NCBI GenBank assembly: GCA_958009085.1
Contig: OY253673.1
Location: forward strand, 1,426,001-1,490,000
Source: Protoeuglena noctilucae
Taxonomy: Eukaryota
Direction: 5' to 3'
DNA: 64,000 nucleotides
The position numbers were made by a program, and so were the translations under genes. Shown here one piece after another: positions 59,977 through 64,000 of this stretch. The notes under the pieces are model-generated. The model was not told where the DNA came from, ran no database searches, and worked only from the letters and a program-made list of their open reading frames with translations. Positions within the stretch are counted from its first letter, which is position 1. Each line of letters opens with the position of its first letter.

Positions 59977-62900
59977 TCACAGCTCCGCCGCCCACGTCAC
60001 GGGCCGCCACGGCAGCAGCTGGCCATTGGGGGCGATCATCGACAGGCGAGCGCGGAGAAGGCGGCGACGGGCACCTGCGGGGAGGGGCAAAGGGCAACGG
60101 TCGACCTGCGCAATGCGGATGACTGCTGTGTCAGGATGGCAGTGCCACTATTGCCGAACGCGCATTGCATTCCCTTCCCGCTCACATGTCCGGTGAGTCC
60201 CAGCCTCCCCATCCTTCCCCGCCCCCTTCCCCGTTGCTGCCGGCGCGTTCTCCTTGTCGCCCCCCCCTCCCCGCGGGGACGCAGGCGCCGAGGCTGACGA
60301 CGGGCGAGGGGGGGCGGGACGCGCATCCGAGGGGCGAGGCGGGGCGCGGGGCGCGGGGGCGACCCCGGGTGCGGCCGCGGCGGTCTGGGTCTGCCCTGCG
60401 CTGCCCGCCCCCTCGTCCCTGCCCCTCGCGGCGCCTGGCCCACCCCTGCCGGCCGCCGACCCCAGCCGCCCTGCGCCCCTCCCCGCACTCGTCGACCGCG
60501 CCGCCCCCCCAGCACCCCCGCCCCTCCCCGACCCATCCGTGCTGCGCGACCGCAGCCCCGTGGCCTTTGAGACGTCCCGCGACGCACCCAGCGCGTGCGA
60601 GCGCAGGGCACGCCCACGCCCCACGCCCGCCTCTGCCGCGTCGACCTCCCCGGAGTCCGAGGCGTCCACGCTGTGCGACCGCAGCGATCGCGCGGAGGCA
60701 GCCCTGCCGCGCGATGGCCCCGCGGGCCATGCGGACCCCCGCAGGGACTGGGCAGGTCCCCGCCCGTCACCTGCCTCGCGTTCACCCTTGTCCCCCACCG
60801 CATCGCCAGCCCTGGCCGCCGTGAAGACAGTCACGCGCGGGGCCGCACCCCCCATCCGGCTCTCCGCCTGGTCCCCCGCCTCTGCGGAGCCAGTGCTGGT
60901 GGCCTGCGACGACTGCGCCAGGCTGGGCAGCGTGAAGACCGACCGGCGGGGGTGGGCCGAGGGATGAGGCTCGTCCTCAGCGGCTGGGGGCGCCTCCGCC
61001 CCACTGCCCCCGCTCCTGCCCCCGCTGACCATGGACGGCACGCTCTCCGCCTCATCATGACCTGCGCCGACCGCCGGCACTTCCTGCGCGACGGGACCCG
61101 CAGAGTCCCGGGCGCCATGGGCGGTGCTGAGGACCGCTGGAGTGGCCGCGCCGCCCATGCCCGCCCCCAGGCCCGGCGTGGGAAGCGCCGTCTGCGACGC
61201 GGCTGCCGCAGCGCGTTGGGCCGGGGTGTAAGGCAGGCCCGGGCTGAGCAAACTCGCGTCCTCCTGCACGCGGGGCGAGTGGGGACGTCGTTGGCGGTGG
61301 TTGGGGGCGCATTGGTTGTTGGCCGTGGCACGGCAAGCAAAGGTGCATCGATCGCCGCCCAGCTTCACCTGACGCGCTGCCTTTGCCGCGTGCTCTCCCG
61401 CGCCCCCTGGCATCCGGCGCCCCTCCGGTCCTGGCGATGGCGACGCGAGCTCTCCACCGCCGTGCCGCACGGTGCCCCAGTGCTTGACGGCGTTGGACAC
61501 TCCCCGCCAGTCGACGCCGGGGGCCGCCTGGGCAGCGCCGGCGGGGGCCTGCGCCAGGGCGGACCGCGCCAGCACGCGCGGCATCTGACGGGTGGCTGCA
61601 ACGCCGCCCCCCGGCGCCTCCACGGCCTCCAGGGAGTCAAACACGCCGGGGGTGGAAGGGGGCGAGGGGCGGGGGCTGGACGAGGCGGCGGGGGCGGCCT
61701 GGGGGGAGGACACCGGAGTCGCGGGCGAGGCAGGGGCCCTCTCGGGGCTCGCTGGCGCGGACGCAGGGGCGACCAAACCGTGGGCAGCTTCGGATGCCCC
61801 AAGGCCGGGGCTTGTGGCGGCATCGAGGGCGGTGCGCCTGGCCTTGGTCCGGCGCTCGAGTGCCTGCGGGGGAAAGCAAGCCAATTGCTGTGAGATGCAG
61901 CTGACAGCAAGACCGCGCCTCTGGTGCAACCTGACCACCCGCCAAACGTTCACAGGTAAACAGCAAAACAAAGCTCGGGTCGCCCCTCACCCGCACCCGG
62001 GCCTGCATGCCCGCGTACGTCCTCTCCAGCACCGCGTTCCGCGCCCTCAGCGCCTCCGCCTCGGCCCGCGCCTCCTCCGGCGATGCGCAGCGGTCAACGC
62101 TCGCCGACCGCCCCCGCTCCCTCTCACGCTCCCTCTCCCTCTCCCGCCGCGTCGCTGCCACCGCTGCCGACTTGAGCCGTGCGACCTCCGCCTCCCGCAG
62201 CGTTAGCCGCTGACGCAGCGCCTGGACGTCCGCCGCCTCCGCCCGCGCCGCATCCACCGCCGCGGACGCCGAGGCCAGCTCCCGCCGCAGGCGCGAGATC
62301 TGCGGACGAGCCAGGGTTGTTGGCGTCACCTGACGCGTTCTCGTTCTCGCGATCGCCGCCCCCCATACACCGCCCTCACGCACCTCCTTCTCCCGCGCCT
62401 GGCACTGCGCCGCCAGCACCGCCACGTCGGGGGAGTGGCTTCGCCTCCCCGCCGCCTTCTGGGCCCGCGTCAGCGCGTCACGCAGCCTCCCCGCCTCCTG
62501 CCGCGCCACGTCGAGCTGCTCCTCCAGCTCCGCCACGCGGCGCTCGGACGCGTGCCGCTGCGCGTGGGCCCCCTGCAGCCACGGCGACGGGGGACACGCA
62601 TGGGCTGCGTGCTTACATCAGTTAACGCATCGTCATCCATGCCCCTGCCCCTCCCTCACCCGCGCCTCCTCCTCCGCCCTCTCCAGTGCTGCGCGGATCT
62701 CCGGCAGGTCACGCTCCCGCTGCTCCACCAGCGCCGCGTGCGCCTGGCGCAGGGCAGCGGCCAGCTCCTCCGCTCGCGCGTGCTGCCGCCGCGCCCGGGC
62801 CCTCCACTCCTCGGCGGAACGGACCCTCTCCCCTCCCGCGTCCGGCCCCCCGCTCTCAGGGGTGTCATGCACCCCGCCCTTGTCTACAGCCAGCGCCGCT

Positions 62901-64000
62901 TCCAGCTCCGCCACCCGCGCCTCCCGCAAGTGCACCGCCGCCTCCAGGGCGCGGCGCCTCGCCCTCAGCTCCCGCACCTCCCCCAACGCCTGCCTGGCCT
63001 GGGCCTCCCCCTCGCGCACCTGCTCCCGGAGGCCCTGTGCCTCGGACGCCGCCGCCCGCTGCCTCGCCTCCGCCGCCTGCAGCTGTGACCGCAGCTCCTC
63101 CGCGCCGGCCACCGCCGAGGCCAGGCGCCCCTCTCCTTCTGCCACTTGCGACCGCAGCGCCTCCACGCACGCCTCCGCCTCCTCGGCACGCGCGCGGCAG
63201 GCGTCCTCCCCCGCCCGCGCCTCCCTCGCCCGCTGCTCCTCCTCTGCCACGCGCGCCTCCAGCAGCGACGCCCGCGACTCGCGCTCCTCTACACCCCCCC
63301 GCAGCGCCTCCACCTCGGCCGCCAAATCAACCGCACGCGCGCTCGCGTCCCTGGCCTCGACCCGCAACGCCTCTGCCTCGGCGCGAGCGGACTTGGCCGA
63401 AGCCTCCGCTGCGTCTGCCGCCTCCGTCAGCGCCTCCGCCGCCGCCGTGGTCCTTGCGATCGATGCCCGTGCCTCCGACAGCTCCGCGGCGAGCCTGTCA
63501 TGCCCTGCCCTCGCCTCCTCCAGCTCAACGGCAAGACGCTGGCGATCCGCTCGCGCGTGCTCGAGGTCGGCAGCCAGCTTGTCGTGCCCTGCTCTGGCAT
63601 CCTCCAGCGCTGCCATCGTCTCTCCCAGCTGAGCTGCCGACCGGTCGCGGTCTGCCCTCGCCTCGTCGAGCTCGGCAGCCACCCGGTCCCGACCCTCCTG
63701 CAGGACCAGCAGCTCACAGCGCAGGGCCTCCACCTCTGCCGATTGCGCGTCCCGGGCCGAGACCGCCGCATCCCGGTTCGCCATCAGAGCGGCATGCTCT
63801 GCGCTCAGAGCACGCAGCCTGGCCGTCGTCGCATCCCTCTCCTCGGCGAGCTGCCTGGCGCGCTCGTTTGCCTCGCTCGCCATCTCCCGCATCCGCTGGT
63901 CCCTCGCCAGCACCTCCTCCCGCATGCGCGCCTCCAGGCCAGCCGCAGCGTCCATCGCCGCCTGCCACTCGCCCCGCTCCTGCGCCCACCGGCTCTCCAG
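59977..64000 (-). CDS. Large coiled-coil protein with low-complexity Ser/Pro/Ala C-terminal half (partial; 5' end outside window)
   Basis: Heptad-rich E/A/R ORF 62633-63955 followed by exons toward 60148, with a DKEN (KEN-box-like) motif near the C-terminus. The final exon is inferred. Confidence 0.7.

Noticed and set aside
1..64000. Introner-type repeated introns, tRNA or rRNA genes
   Set aside because: No family of near-identical introns across unrelated genes and no recognisable structured RNA gene were seen by eye. A covariance-model search was not possible.

Overview
GC-rich (~70%), intron-dense eukaryotic nuclear DNA. It is most consistent with a flagellated green alga (inference from composition and ciliary gene content). 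Most six-frame ORFs are shadow ORFs, so gene models were rebuilt by hand across introns and their boundaries are approximate. Recognisable genes are a borealin-like protein, a SulP/STAS anion transporter, ORC3, a ZMYND12/p38-like TPR protein, two tandem canonical poly(A) polymerases, ERG28, an NmrA-like protein, a giant (~3,700 aa) secreted repeat protein with a GPI-like tail, CC2D2A/MKS6 directly followed by TMEM231, and a partial coiled-coil protein. A ~5.6 kb DNA transposon (about 8822-14402) encodes an apparently intact Plavaka/CMC-like transposase between imperfect TIRs with GGGATC-rich subterminal repeats. Window-wide oddities are a very high share of GC-AG introns (AG|GCGAG), introns carrying duplicated copies of their own splice junction, several single-base frameshifts in G/C runs, and a 200-N gap.
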